Below, piece by piece: positions 42,587 to 55,167 of a stretch of DNA of 64,000 nucleotides. Below the pieces are notes generated by a model. That model made no database searches, was not told where the DNA came from, and worked only from the letters and a program-made list of their open reading frames with translations. The DNA is from Tetramitus jugosus (taxonomy: Eukaryota; Protista; Heterolobosea). Made by a program: the position numbers and the translations under genes. Where the stretch lies: NCBI GenBank assembly GCA_937625935.1, contig OW569355.1, forward strand, positions 310,001 through 374,000. Direction: 5' to 3'. Numbering within the stretch: position 1 is the stretch's first letter; every line of letters starts with the position of its first letter.

Positions 42587-43750
42587 AATGGCATGTTGTA
42601 TCGTCGATGTAAAGGAAAGAAGAGCACAAATCGAAATATATTACCAGCAAGTGTTGGAAAACCTCCTGAATCATGGGTCAATGGTGTTCATTTTGTTGAT
42701 ACTGAGGTGAGAGAAGAGAAAGAAGGTACTGATGACTAAGGAAGAAGCGATTGATCTTGTTCGAGCAATGAACCAGGTTAATGGACATTGTGGTCGCGAT
42801 GCTTTAAGAACACTCATGAAGGAACACTACTACTATGGTATAGATAAGATCATTTCATCCAACTCTCAATGCGACGAATGTGATCGACATAAACCATTTG
42901 TAGCCGATGAACAAACATATACTCCAATCATTACCACTTATCCACTGGAAAGATTACAGATGGACGTAACATATCCCAAAGAACTGAGGACAAATGGTCA
43001 TCAGGATATGTGGTTGGCAACAGCAAGGGATCATTTTACAGGTTATTGTTGGGTAAAGGTTATTGAGAATAGATCATCTGAAACCATGGCCAATTTCTAT
43101 AATGGAATCCTCAATAACATTTTGATGATGACAAGTATTGCATTAGTACCAACTATTGTCCAGTACGACCAAGGAACAGAAGGTAGAGGTCTGTTCGAAC
43201 AAGCGGTTGTGAATAGTGGTGCTCGTCTCGTTCGCAGTGGTGTCACTCATCCTCAGAGCAATGGAGGGATAGAGCAGTTTCATGGGAAAATCAAACCACT
43301 AGCAACAATAGTCATGAATGGTAATGGTGGTATGATAGTGCTATTGTTGAGGCAATGAGAATATATATAATCATCGACCATCCAGTGTCACACAGATCTC
43401 CCCATATCACATGTTCATGAATTTGTTGATTTACAATCCAACATATTGGACAACAAGAGGAGCGACCATCAATGAGTCGTTGAGAGCGACTGCGTCACTA
43501 ATTCATAGTTCAGTTGTTAGTTGCAAGGCTAAAAGAAGAAAGCTTGATGCCAAGAAGAGAACAAGGATGGTGAATGATCAGAGGATAAAGGAGGGTGATG
43601 TTGTATAGGTGAAAGATAGAAAGAAAACAAAGTATCTTGGAGAAGTTGTATCTAGATATGACAATGGACGAGTGAAGATTAAATTCACAGATGCGAATGG
43701 TGGACCAAAGGGTGAGACGCATGGAACTGGGCTTGTATATGGCAAGTAAT
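42587..43750 (+). mobile_element. Decayed retroviral-type (rve) integrase, Ginger/Gypsy-like
   Basis: NGMLYR; zinc finger GHCG...CDEC; DDE triad LQMD / QYDQG / HPQSNGGIEQ; frameshifted continuation YNHRPSSVTQISPY; C-terminal IKEGDVV*VKD. Contains several frameshifts and a stop. Confidence 0.8.
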
Positions 43751-44759
43751 TGTCAAAAAAGAGAAACAAGTGAGAGTCAGCTTTCTCGATTAGGTGACAA
43801 GCAAAATGAAGCAAGCAACGATCAAGAGCAAAGTCCTGAAACAATCACTATGGAGTGTAATGAAGAGACATCATATCCAAGTCACCCAGTACGCTCTAGG
43901 AAGGAGATCAAAAGAAGGCGAAGACAAATGGCAGAGAATAACAAGACGTTTTTATTGGCCAAAACTAAAAGTTACACTTTAGTGATTCACAATCCGTTTC
44001 CATCTTTTCCCTCACAGGGCTTATGATAATGTGGCCAGCATGGCACCTATCTCTCCAACAGGGAGTGGCTACCAGTCCCAGACGAATGTCGCCTTGGACC
44101 GCAATGGGAACTGGTGTCGTTACCCTGTTGTTGACATAGCCATCTGTGACACATTATCAATGACGCCTTACAGCATGCGATTTAAGAAGGGCGAAACGGG
44201 ACGGAGTAAAAAAATGTGTTTTTTTTCCGCTGGAACGGTGAAGCTTGGCGCTGTTTCAGGGCGCAGAAATACATCCGGAGAGAAACAGGGTAAGGGTCGT
44301 GGCTTTTTTTCCATACAACCAGAGTGATATCATTCATGATAACGACTGGTGTCTTGTGCACTGCTGGAGGTGGTGGAATTGGCGTAGGTAAACTTGAGAG
44401 TTAAAAAACTCCTCCCACAATCCAACCCATCAGATGGTTCAGCACTGGTGAATATACTGAACTAAATATCTGCAGCATCCAGACTGGGTATAAAAGATTA
44501 ACTTCAATGCTCTTGATCACAGAAGGTCAGTTGCATTATGAACCAATCATTCGAGAATATGCAATAATCTGCAATGGTGAATTATCGTTGCTTGTGACTA
44601 ATGATACTGAAAAAGTTCTCTATCATTATAGTGCCAAGGTGAGAGAATCTGATCTTCTGGGGTCTGTTCTATCAGATGTATGATGTTGCCAATATTGCAG
44701 ATTATATGTCGACGAGTGTCCTTCGACAACAGCTTAACCCTAGTGTTAAAGAAGTGTCT

Positions 44760-45385
44760 TCATTCTTTCAGCTTCTGCTTCCTATGATCCCATGTCAATA
44801 TGTTGTGGTGGAATGCATTGTATTGCTTCTTCATGTACCGAATATACTCTCCTAACTCCTAATGCACGTAAATGTAGATCTTCCTGCTGGAGTAGCAACT
44901 TGATGTTGGTAAGCATCAGATCCTTCACTGGTTTCCACTTCAATGTACATTTAATCTTGAAAAAGAGGATGTATACTAGTACAGGGAAGGTTCAACCCCC
45001 TTGCAGTCAGTTTCTGATATGCTGTGATCAGTGTATTCACACTGACCATCTGGTCGTCAACAACGAGTAGTATGATTCTGGTGTTCTTGATGAGGTGATC
45101 ACAATTGTACAGATGCTCAATGCTTGAATAGCGAGATGCTGCATTCGATCCATCTATATATGAAACAAAGAAAGGCCACATATTCTGTCTGATCTCTTCT
45201 TCACTCATCTGTCCTAGTTCATCTGCGAGTAATAGCTTCTCAAGACCAGAAATATCGACTTTGCCATCCTGCTGTAACTTTTCAAGTCCTCTCATAGGAT
45301 CCACTTCATCCCATTTGATCATGACCGGAATCTTCTCCTTATCAAGTGGTACATCTGGTACCGTATGCCAGAAATCATCTTCCAT
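44760..45385 (-). pseudogene. Decayed coding fragment of unknown origin in the TE-rich zone
   Basis: 144-aa ORF (44951-45385) that continues in a shifted frame (ILFFKIKCTLKWKPVKDLMLTNIKLLL...) and is then interrupted by stops. Confidence 0.35.
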
Positions 45386-46299
45386 ATGGGTGTATATCGT
45401 TGCAGAATTCTATTGTCACATTCTGAAACAATCTTCCCAGACACTGAACAAGGAATGATCCCTCTTCCCAATTCTCACTGCTTTTGATTGCCTTACGTCA
45501 TACATCACCAACAGGTGACTTGTCTGTATGTAGATCTATAAATGCTATGAGTAATAGTTTAGATTCATCACCTGGAAACACTTATCCTTGCGCAATACGG
45601 CCTCTAGAATAGACCTCTGCATTGAATAACAATGATACCATCAATCGCAGACCCTGTCTGACATTCATTACAGACTTGAACTTCATTTCACAGTTGCTGC
45701 CGACTATCTGAACAATGTCGTTTAGAATTACAAATATACAACACACCAGCGTGACAATCTACACTGTATAATACCCAATAACTGAAGCAGTATGGCATCA
45801 ATACTAAATCACAGGTAACTGTTTCACAATCCCTGATATCTGGTAGAAATCGATTAATGTTAATGCTTCAACTCTCTGCGTTACACTGATGAGTATTGAT
45901 AGAAATTGTGAATCAACTAGAATGTGTGGAGAGTAACTGTACAACACACTGCGCATATAGTGAAGACTCGCAAAGAATAAATCGTTGATCAACGAGAACA
46001 TCGTTGACAGTGAACAATGGGTACATCGTCAGAAGTATACTTGATGTTATGCAGTTGATTGGTTTGTTTGCATAATGTCAAGAATTCGCATCATGATGAT
46101 CATCATCGCAGCTATTTTTTTCGATTATAAAGTGTAACGGAGAATTGATTTTGACAAAATTTGAGACACCTTTTGATTTTTTTTTCATTTATCATTTGTT
46201 GCCACTTTATGTGACGTGTTGTCGCTCAGAACTGCAGATGTGTAACACATCTTCGCTACTGAGTCTCTCGGTAGTTACGTAACCGTTTGATGCAATACC

Positions 46300-47050
46300 T
46301 TCATCAATACATTCGGTCGTTTTTTAATACAACGAATGGTGCTCACGCACCACGTTGCGGAACTTTTATTTTTCTTTTGCGTGAGAGTAGGCTTACCTTC
46401 TCTGAACATGATCATGTTCAGTGGAGTGGCAGGTCTACGCAACAGGATTCATTCTCTTCTTGGAATGTTGTTTTGTTCCCTTCTTCAGGGACTCGTTGCG
46501 AGGGCTTCCACTACCATCTGGAGCACCACTGGTGAGATCAGATGGCTCCGTAGTCCTACACAGCCTTGACAGAATCCCGTGGGTGTGGAAGGAAGCGCTT
46601 TGCTTCCATCTACACTGGCATGGATTTAACGTCCCGAAGCAAAGCTTCGGCATATGTTTCGGTCTCCATCACAACAAAGGCGGTGTTGTACTTCTTGAGC
46701 ACGTTCTTGACCTTTGTTGTGCCGAGCACGGCGTTGATGTCGTCCTCCGACTTACCTTTGACACCATGGAGGACGACCTTCTTGGCACAATCAACGTTGC
46801 TTGAGTGCGGCCTTGCAGCCACTCACCTTCTTGTTACGGTTGAAGGTTTCAACAAATGAGTAAATGTTGTCATCAACAACAGTTACAAACGCAACAAACC
46901 TCTTGGAACCTGGTGAGCCATTCACCAAAATCCGAGTCATCACACTTTCCGGTGATGATGACCTCCTTGCTGCTTGGTGCAGTCCCCCTTGGGTTCTCAT
47001 ACGCACGAACAACAAATCGTTCGTTTTTTCGTCGGTTTTTGTCGATTTTT
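46300..47050 (-). mobile_element. Possible decayed non-LTR retrotransposon ORF1 (RRM + zinc knuckles)
   Basis: More GC-rich than its flanks. RRM-like VVLHGV..SEDDI..VLG..VKNV..TAFVVMET..AEAL is followed across frameshifts by knuckle-like FCQGCVGLRSH and CSR/GSGSPRNES. Confidence 0.35.
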
Positions 47051-47113
47051 TTTTGTTCCATACAACCGTGTTTGCTTGCGCAGCAAACATTCAAAAACCG
47101 ACACCCAATATCT

Positions 47114-47196
47114 GCACTCTTGTCCGAGCGGTCAAGGAGCCTGACTAGAAATCAGGTACGGGAAACCGTGCGTAGGTTCAAATCCTACAGAGTGCG
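47114..47196 (+). tRNA. tRNA-Ser (anticodon AGA)
   Basis: Acceptor stem GCACTCT/AGAGTGC with discriminator G; anticodon arm CCTGA-CTAGAAA-TCAGG; long variable arm TACGG-GAAA-CCGTG; T arm GTAGG-TTCAAAT-CCTAC. Confidence 0.96.
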
Positions 47197-47201
47197 AAGT
47201 C

Positions 47202-47207
47202 TTTTTT
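47202..47207 (+). terminator. RNA polymerase III terminator (T6)
   Basis: TTTTTT run 5 nt after the tRNA-Ser. Confidence 0.75.
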
Positions 47208-47333
47208 ATCAAATAATCTTCGACTTTCGGAATAACAAGCCGAACCCCTTTGCCCAATCTGATTAGCAACGAATTCAAACAGACCTCTCCATAACTTTCT
47301 GTGGTGATGGGATTGGTAGTTAAGGAGACGATC

Positions 47334-48654
47334 ATGAACCACGAGCAATTATTCCTTTCTCTTGCTAGTCCCAGTGCCAATCAAAACAACACAATTTGGG
47401 ATTTCACAAAAACCCAGAATGACGTGCTGACGGCCACAAAAGCTTCTGTTGCAGCCATCTCCATTGCATTTTCACTCTGTTTTCTGGTGTATGTATTTCT
47501 GAGGAGTACCATTGGATTGCTGTCCTTCTTTGTCAACAACAGAAAGCTGAGAGGTCAAAATGGCACTGTTGGTGTGTACGACAATGAAACATGGAAGCAA
47601 TACTTTTCTCGGATGCAATACAGTTGCTATATTCTATCGAATCCCATTACTCGCGTGCTCGTCTGTGTTCAATTGGCTGAATTGATGGATGACGCTCAAG
47701 TGATGATTGAAGTGTTTGATCTTGCACAGTACGATTGGGTTTGCACACTGCAAGCAATCATGTTTCAGTACTTTGGCTTTGCAAAGATTACGTGGGGCTT
47801 TATGGTGTCCATTTGGATGATTTGGATTCTGGTCCTGAGAAAGACATCGACCCTTCTCATGTAAGTTTTCACTTTTTAGTTTATTTTAACAATTGCAAGT
47901 AGACACACACGCAACTGCGACTTACACTCAAAATCTGAATTCATTGTTTTGCTGCAGTCTGGAAATCATTTCTCATATTATTGGATGGGGCTTGCCAATT
48001 ATTGTGACAATCGTTCCAATTTTTACGGATTCCTATGGTGATTTGGGACGCTTTTGTTGGATAAAAGGTGATAGAGTTGGTACCTGGTTACGGTTTGCAC
48101 TCAACTATATTCCGTTGTGGGTCATCATTTCAGCTGTTGTACTCATGTACATCTTTACAATCAGTTGCTTGGTTCGGATTCAGTATTTTTCTTATCGGTC
48201 ACTGACATCCACGGCTCGACGTGACAAATTGTCTGCTAGTTTGAGTCTATACATGAAATTGGTATGTGAACAATTGTAAGCTCGCTATTTGAGTACTTCG
48301 AACAAATAGAACTAACCCTGTCACCAATGTTAATAGCTCGGATTACCTCTAATATTCGTATTATTGTGGGTGTTTCCTACTGTAACAAGAATTGTGGAAA
48401 CAGCCACAGGCAGAAAGTACTTTGTGCTCTTCTTTATGATGAATCTGACTCGTTATGGTCACGGATTCTGCAATACTCTGTTACTTGTGTTCTGTGCCCT
48501 CGTGACATCCATCCTGGAGAAAATGAAGCGTGGAAGAAGGAAAGAGTTTGTCGATGCAACTGAACTCGGCGACAAACGAACAATCAATGACGATGATATG
48601 TATGATCAATTCTTGGGTACTGAATTCGAGTTCAACGAGGACGAATACCAATAA
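47334..48654 (+). CDS. 7-TM GPCR, cAMP-receptor/GCR1-like; introns 47861-47957 and 48262-48336
   Basis: CTLQAIMFQYFG...W, HIIGWGLP, YGDLGRFCWI, LRFALNYIPLW, KL/LGLPLIFVLLWVFPTVTRI, HGFCNTL. Start codon uncertain. Confidence 0.85.
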
Positions 48655-48816
48655 CTTCAGACCTTCGACATTTGCTCAACCAACCTTGTAACCACTTGTT
48701 CATTATTAAACATTATTTATCACCATCGGAATCGATTGAGATTCATGGTAGGAAGAATGCACGAGTCCTCTTTTTATTGTTCGACTTGGATAACTTGCCA
48801 ATGTGAGATAAATAAT

Positions 48817-49176
48817 TTATTCCCAACCGAGCAACTCAACTTCAAACAACAGTGTAGCTGAAGGTGGAATCAAACCAGGATAACCTTCTCTTCCATAGGC
48901 ATAGTCATGAGGACACGACAAGATGCACTTCTCACCCTTCTTCATCGACTTGACACCAATGTCCCATCCTCTGATCACTTCACCCACACCAAGCATAAAC
49001 TCAAAAGGTTCCTCTCTGTCTCTAGAGCTATCAAACTTTTTACCATTGGACTCCAATGTTCCTACGTAGTGAACACTGACCATTGTGTGCAGTGGGGGAC
49101 TATCACCAGTACCTTCCTTGAGCACCTTCTTTTTCAATTGACCGTCCTTTGAGACTGGAATCCACTCGTCTGACAT
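48817..49176 (-). CDS. FKBP-type peptidyl-prolyl cis-trans isomerase
   Basis: [39 protein letters not shown]. Confidence 0.96.
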   Translation of the reverse strand: MSDEWIPVSKDGQLKKKVLKEGTGDSPPLHTMVSVHYVGTLESNGKKFDSSRDREEPFEFMLGVGEVIRGWDIGVKSMKKGEKCILSCPHDYAYGREGYPGLIPPSATLLFEVELLGWE

Positions 49177-49344
49177 GATTCGTTGTTTGTTGTTTAGCTT
49201 GTTGTTTCTTGATTGTCCGTTCGCTTGTTGGAAGAATAAAAAAGTTTTTTGGCACCCAAGTCAACACAGCACATCATCAAACCAACAAAACCAAACCACA
49301 ACACCTACATCAACAACAACAACAACAAATAGTAACACACACAC

Positions 49345-51846
49345 ATGTTTATGCAATGGATTCGACGGTTCACATCTGATACTCATTTGGATGCAAACCA
49401 ACAACAACAACAACAGCAACAACAGCAACAACAAATAGACGAAGAAGATGTCGATGTCAATGCAGATGACATTCTGAGTAAAAGTAGTAGTAGCAGTAGT
49501 AGTATGCTCAGTGATAGTGGTGACAATAATAATGACATTAGTGGTATATTGAGTGGTGGTGGTACCAATCATCATCCTCAACATCACACAAGAAAGCAAC
49601 AGAAACAACAACGAAAATCAAATGTGGACGTGGAGCACGAGGTCAATGTCACTGATTCCAGAGGCCGAAATTTTGTTCAATTGACAGACTTTTATGATCC
49701 ACAGTATCAGCAACAGTACACTCAGAATTTGAATCATCCAATGCACAATCAACAACAACAACAGCTTCATCATCATTCACATCACCGTCACTCTTATGGA
49801 TATCACTCTTCAACATCTTCTCCTTCGTTTCAAAACAATAATAATACTCCTGTCATGATGAGAAAATCAAGTAGTGCCATGTCTCTTCCACAACTGCATC
49901 ATCAGCAACATCACTCTTCTGCGACTACGCCACTCTCGGCTCAGACACTTGAGAGACAGAGACCAAGAAGTACTTCGAACACATCGGCTCACTCGGATGA
50001 ATCGACTTCTACTACTACGACTACGACAACAACGACGACTACGACTACTACGACAACAACAACAACAACAAGTGCATCCAATGCTTCATCCAATGCAATC
50101 AATGGAGGTATTAGTTTAGAAGGCGCAAGATTGAAGAGTAATCCATTTACTGAACTCAATGTGTTGAATGAGGATCGAAGCATTCATAAGGATACGGTGA
50201 GAAAAATGGTTCCCTTGTTTGATGAGATGGATTCATTTTATAGCATGTCTATTCCATTGGCTAACCATCATTCGGAGCAGAGTGGGTGCTTGATTGCATC
50301 GGCGAGTGATGATGGATCTATTGCTGTTTGGGACATGGCATACAATCGCCTCGTTTTCAACTGTATAGGGCATCAAAGGCCAGTCACTTGCCTCAAGTGG
50401 CTCAAGTTTAATTCTAATGGTGATGGAGAGAACAAAGCAAAAGAAGAAGAACAATATGACGATGAATCATTGCAATTCTCCAGCCATCGCAATACGAGAT
50501 CCAACAAGAAACATGATAACAACCTGGATCGAACATTTTTGGGCTATTCAGACCACAAAACAAATTTATCATTGAATAGCGTATTAATCAGTGGAAGCAA
50601 CGATAAAACGATCAAAATGTGGAATTTGGCGGACGGTTCATGCCTTCGAACTCTGCAAGGACATTCATCAAGTGTGAGATCAATATGTGTTTTGGATGAA
50701 AATCGATTCTGCTCTGCAGGTAATGACCCCTTTATTCATGTTTGGGACAATAATGGTCAGTTGTTAGGCACGATTGAGCGTAAAGATGACGAGAATATAC
50801 ATCAACTGCTGCCCTTATCAAACAATCGTATAGTCGTGGCGTCTGACAATGCAGAGAGACTGTTATACGTGTATGATACCGAGAACTTTTCACGGATTGA
50901 TGTTGAGCTTTCAGGACATCAAGATTCAATTCAATGTCTCATAAAGATCAATGAGAACGTGTTTGCCAGTGCATCTATCGATGGTGTAATCATGTTGTGG
51001 GACAGCAAGAATCTTCAATCCTTGCGCACAATAGATGAATCGATTCACAAAAACTTGCCTGAGAATGATGAGTCATCCCATAGCAGAGACAGCGAAGTCA
51101 AAGAAAATGGTAGCGAGTACATGGATGTTTTGGATGCCAGTCGGTCTCCACTTCGCTATGTGAGCCACATGAGTGTAATTAATGTACGATATCTGTGTGT
51201 TGCTATAGGAAAGGGTATCTGTGTTTTTGATATTGATACTGGTGATTGTGTTTTGCGGATACAAGATGCACACGAAGCTAATGTGGTCAAGGTAATATCT
51301 TTGCACAATGGAAACATCCTCGCCAGTTGCTCCGAAGATACTGTGATAAAGATATGGAATACATACAATAGGTTCCCGGTTGCTCCATCTTTAGCAACGA
51401 AGGTCCTCAAAGACTCCTCTCCACGAAAGAATTCCTCCTCACATCTAACCAAGAGCGGTCGCAAAAAGAAGGAAAAGACACATCCAGAGTTTTTGGGTGA
51501 ACTCCCATTCCATTCAGCAGTCGTCCATGATATAATACCTTTATCTCCATACTCGTTTGCGACCTGTGGAGCTGATTGTATGATTATAGTCTGGAAAGAC
51601 AACAGAATTGAGAAAAGAATTAGGAGCTTCTATGCCTTCAAATACCAGGGTCTCTGTTCACACAAGACACGGAACGTTCAAAAGCATAGTAGCAGTGGAA
51701 ATCAACGCTCACCTCCAGCATCACCCAGATATATTGCGCCATTCACTGTGGGTGGAGAGCCATGTCTTGAATCAAAAAAGATTCCTTCTGGTCGTACGGT
51801 TGTCAACTTGCAAAACATCAGGCCAGTGTCAGAAGAGTCTTACTAA
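49345..51846 (+). CDS. WDR41: WD40-repeat protein, WDR41-like, with a long low-complexity N-terminus
   Basis: NPFTELNVL...H.D.VR and ASASDDGSIAVWD...GH resemble the WDR41 N-terminus; multiple GH-WD repeats follow. Confidence 0.7.
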   Translation: MFMQWIRRFTSDTHLDANQQQQQQQQQQQQIDEEDVDVNADDILSKSSSSSSSMLSDSGDNNNDISGILSGGGTNHHPQHHTRKQQKQQRKSNVDVEHEVNVTDSRGRNFVQLTDFYDPQYQQQYTQNLNHPMHNQQQQQLHHHSHHRHSYGYHSSTSSPSFQNNNNTPVMMRKSSSAMSLPQLHHQQHHSSATTPLSAQTLERQRPRSTSNTSAHSDESTSTTTTTTTTTTTTTTTTTTTTSASNASSNAINGGISLEGARLKSNPFTELNVLNEDRSIHKDTVRKMVPLFDEMDSFYSMSIPLANHHSEQSGCLIASASDDGSIAVWDMAYNRLVFNCIGHQRPVTCLKWLKFNSNGDGENKAKEEEQYDDESLQFSSHRNTRSNKKHDNNLDRTFLGYSDHKTNLSLNSVLISGSNDKTIKMWNLADGSCLRTLQGHSSSVRSICVLDENRFCSAGNDPFIHVWDNNGQLLGTIERKDDENIHQLLPLSNNRIVVASDNAERLLYVYDTENFSRIDVELSGHQDSIQCLIKINENVFASASIDGVIMLWDSKNLQSLRTIDESIHKNLPENDESSHSRDSEVKENGSEYMDVLDASRSPLRYVSHMSVINVRYLCVAIGKGICVFDIDTGDCVLRIQDAHEANVVKVISLHNGNILASCSEDTVIKIWNTYNRFPVAPSLATKVLKDSSPRKNSSSHLTKSGRKKKEKTHPEFLGELPFHSAVVHDIIPLSPYSFATCGADCMIIVWKDNRIEKRIRSFYAFKYQGLCSHKTRNVQKHSSSGNQRSPPASPRYIAPFTVGGEPCLESKKIPSGRTVVNLQNIRPVSEESY
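50007..50070 (+). repeat. Coding microsatellite (ACN)n encoding a poly-Thr tract
   Basis: About 20 consecutive Thr codons within the WD40 gene. Confidence 0.85.
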
Positions 51847-51960
51847 AGTTGAATTATTTTGGCGCCCTTTTTCTGACTCTTTTTTCTACGACGAAAAATT
51901 AGCCAAAAGAAAAGCTCAAGTGCGCACGCATGGGCAATGCAACACCATTTGTTGAACAAT

Positions 51961-53302
<1,342 letters not shown>

Positions 53303-53333
53303 AATTGAACACAATAAGTTCATTTTTATGGAA

Positions 53334-54818
53334 TTATACACTTAACTGGAAGGAGTTATGATCAATTATGCTTTGATACTTTTCCAAGACAGGATCAACT
53401 TCCTCTTCTATGAATTCAACAACTTGTTGAGGTGATCTGCCAACGAATTTAGCAGGATCGACCATGGAGTCCAATTGATCCAAAATAGGAGCAAAGTGTT
53501 CTTTGTCATCTCTAATGCGATCCAATAAATCATTGCTCTTTCCTTCTTCTTTGACACCCTTTGCAGCTTCCATTGACATTTGTCTAATGACTTCATGTAA
53601 CTCTTGACGGTCACCACCAGCCTTGACACAAGCCATCAAAATATTTTCAGTTGCCATGAATGGCATCTCCTCCATGACGTGTCTGTGGATCACCTTTGGC
53701 CAAACAACAAGACCATCGATCACATTGTTCACAACATTGAGAATGCCATCAGTGCACAGGAATATCTGGGCAAGTGTTAAACGTCTATTGGCAGAGTCAT
53801 CCAAAGTTCTTTCGAACCATTGATTGGCATGTGTATGGGCAGTGTTATCAACCAGAGATATGACAAATCGACTCAGAGAACAAATTCTCTCACATCTCAT
53901 TGGATTTCTCTTGTAAGCCATAGCACTGGAACCAATCTGATTTCTCTCAAATGGTTCATCAATCTCCTTCAGATTCATCAACAAACGAATATCGCATGCC
54001 ATCTTGTGTGCAGAATGAGAGATTTGTGAAACAGCAGAACAAACCTGATAATCAATCTTTCTAGTGTATGTCTGACCAGAGACACCCACACTTCGCTCGA
54101 ATCCCATCTTCTCAGTGATCAATCGATTCAATTGCTTCACTTTTTCGTGATCTCCATTGAATAGCTCCAAGAAGGATGCTTGCGTACCAGTAGTTCCTCT
54201 CTCTCCTCTCGCTGGCAATCGATCCAACTGATACGTAATGGCCTCAAAATCGTACAAAAAGTCCTGAAGCCACAAGCAAGCTCTCTTTCCGACCGTAGTC
54301 AACTGAGCTGCCTGATAATGTGTGAAACCAAGCGTAGCAAGCTCACGATTCTCCAATGAAAACTTGCGCAACAAACTCAACGTCTTCAACAACTTTTTCT
54401 GCAACAATTGCATGCCTTGTTTCATCTGAATGAGATCCGTGTTGTCACCCACGTAACAACTAGTTGCACCGAGATGAATAATGGGCTTGGCCAATGGACA
54501 ACAATCACCAAACGAGTGCACATGAGACATGACATCGTGTCTAAACTTTTTTTCATATGCTTCCGCACGCTCAATGTCCTCTGCAGTCACACGTTCAAAT
54601 TTTTTCATTTCAGAGATTTGATCCTGAGTAATCTGACTCAATCCCAACTCCATTTCACTCTCTGCCAGAATGATCCATAGTTTGCGCCATGTGGAGAACT
54701 TGTTGGACGGAGAAAAGATGAAGCTCATTTCTTTGCTTGCATACCTGTTGACAAGTGGATTGTCATACACATTGATCATGTTGTTATTGTCGTCTTGTTG
54801 TTGTTGTTGTTGACTCAT
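53334..54818 (-). CDS. ADSL: Adenylosuccinate lyase
   Basis: RHDVMSHVH, IHLGATSCYVGDN, GFTHYQ, GSSAMAYKRNPM, QWFERTLDDSA. Confidence 0.96.
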   Translation of the reverse strand: MSQQQQQQDDNNNMINVYDNPLVNRYASKEMSFIFSPSNKFSTWRKLWIILAESEMELGLSQITQDQISEMKKFERVTAEDIERAEAYEKKFRHDVMSHVHSFGDCCPLAKPIIHLGATSCYVGDNTDLIQMKQGMQLLQKKLLKTLSLLRKFSLENRELATLGFTHYQAAQLTTVGKRACLWLQDFLYDFEAITYQLDRLPARGERGTTGTQASFLELFNGDHEKVKQLNRLITEKMGFERSVGVSGQTYTRKIDYQVCSAVSQISHSAHKMACDIRLLMNLKEIDEPFERNQIGSSAMAYKRNPMRCERICSLSRFVISLVDNTAHTHANQWFERTLDDSANRRLTLAQIFLCTDGILNVVNNVIDGLVVWPKVIHRHVMEEMPFMATENILMACVKAGGDRQELHEVIRQMSMEAAKGVKEEGKSNDLLDRIRDDKEHFAPILDQLDSMVDPAKFVGRSPQQVVEFIEEEVDPVLEKYQSIIDHNSFQLSV

Positions 54819-55167
54819 AATGATACGTTCGTTGATGAATGTGGTTCGTTGTTGTTCGTTGTGTGATCGCAAAAGTTGACAGGATTGAATTTTGTCAGCA
54901 AGGTGTCGGGGCATCCAATCAAGTTCCGTCTGATTTTCCTCCTCCAGAGAAAAAAAAAGATCAGTTCTTCTTTTTGTTGTTGTATGAAGGCAAGGTGGGT
55001 GTAAGTATTGGGTTCCACGTTGAGTCCATCCTGCTGCGGGTGGGTGATTCCAGCTGAAACAGACAAAAAGCTCAAAACAACCTCCATCACCTCATCGCTA
55101 ATCATCATCGTATCTCTCCTTGCTTTTGTCGCCTGACATTATCAATTGTGATAAGTACGCACTCCAC

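Noticed and set aside
42430-46290. Terminal inverted repeats or LTRs bounding the integrase region
   Set aside because: No convincing TGT...ACA inverted pair or long direct repeat was found by eye.
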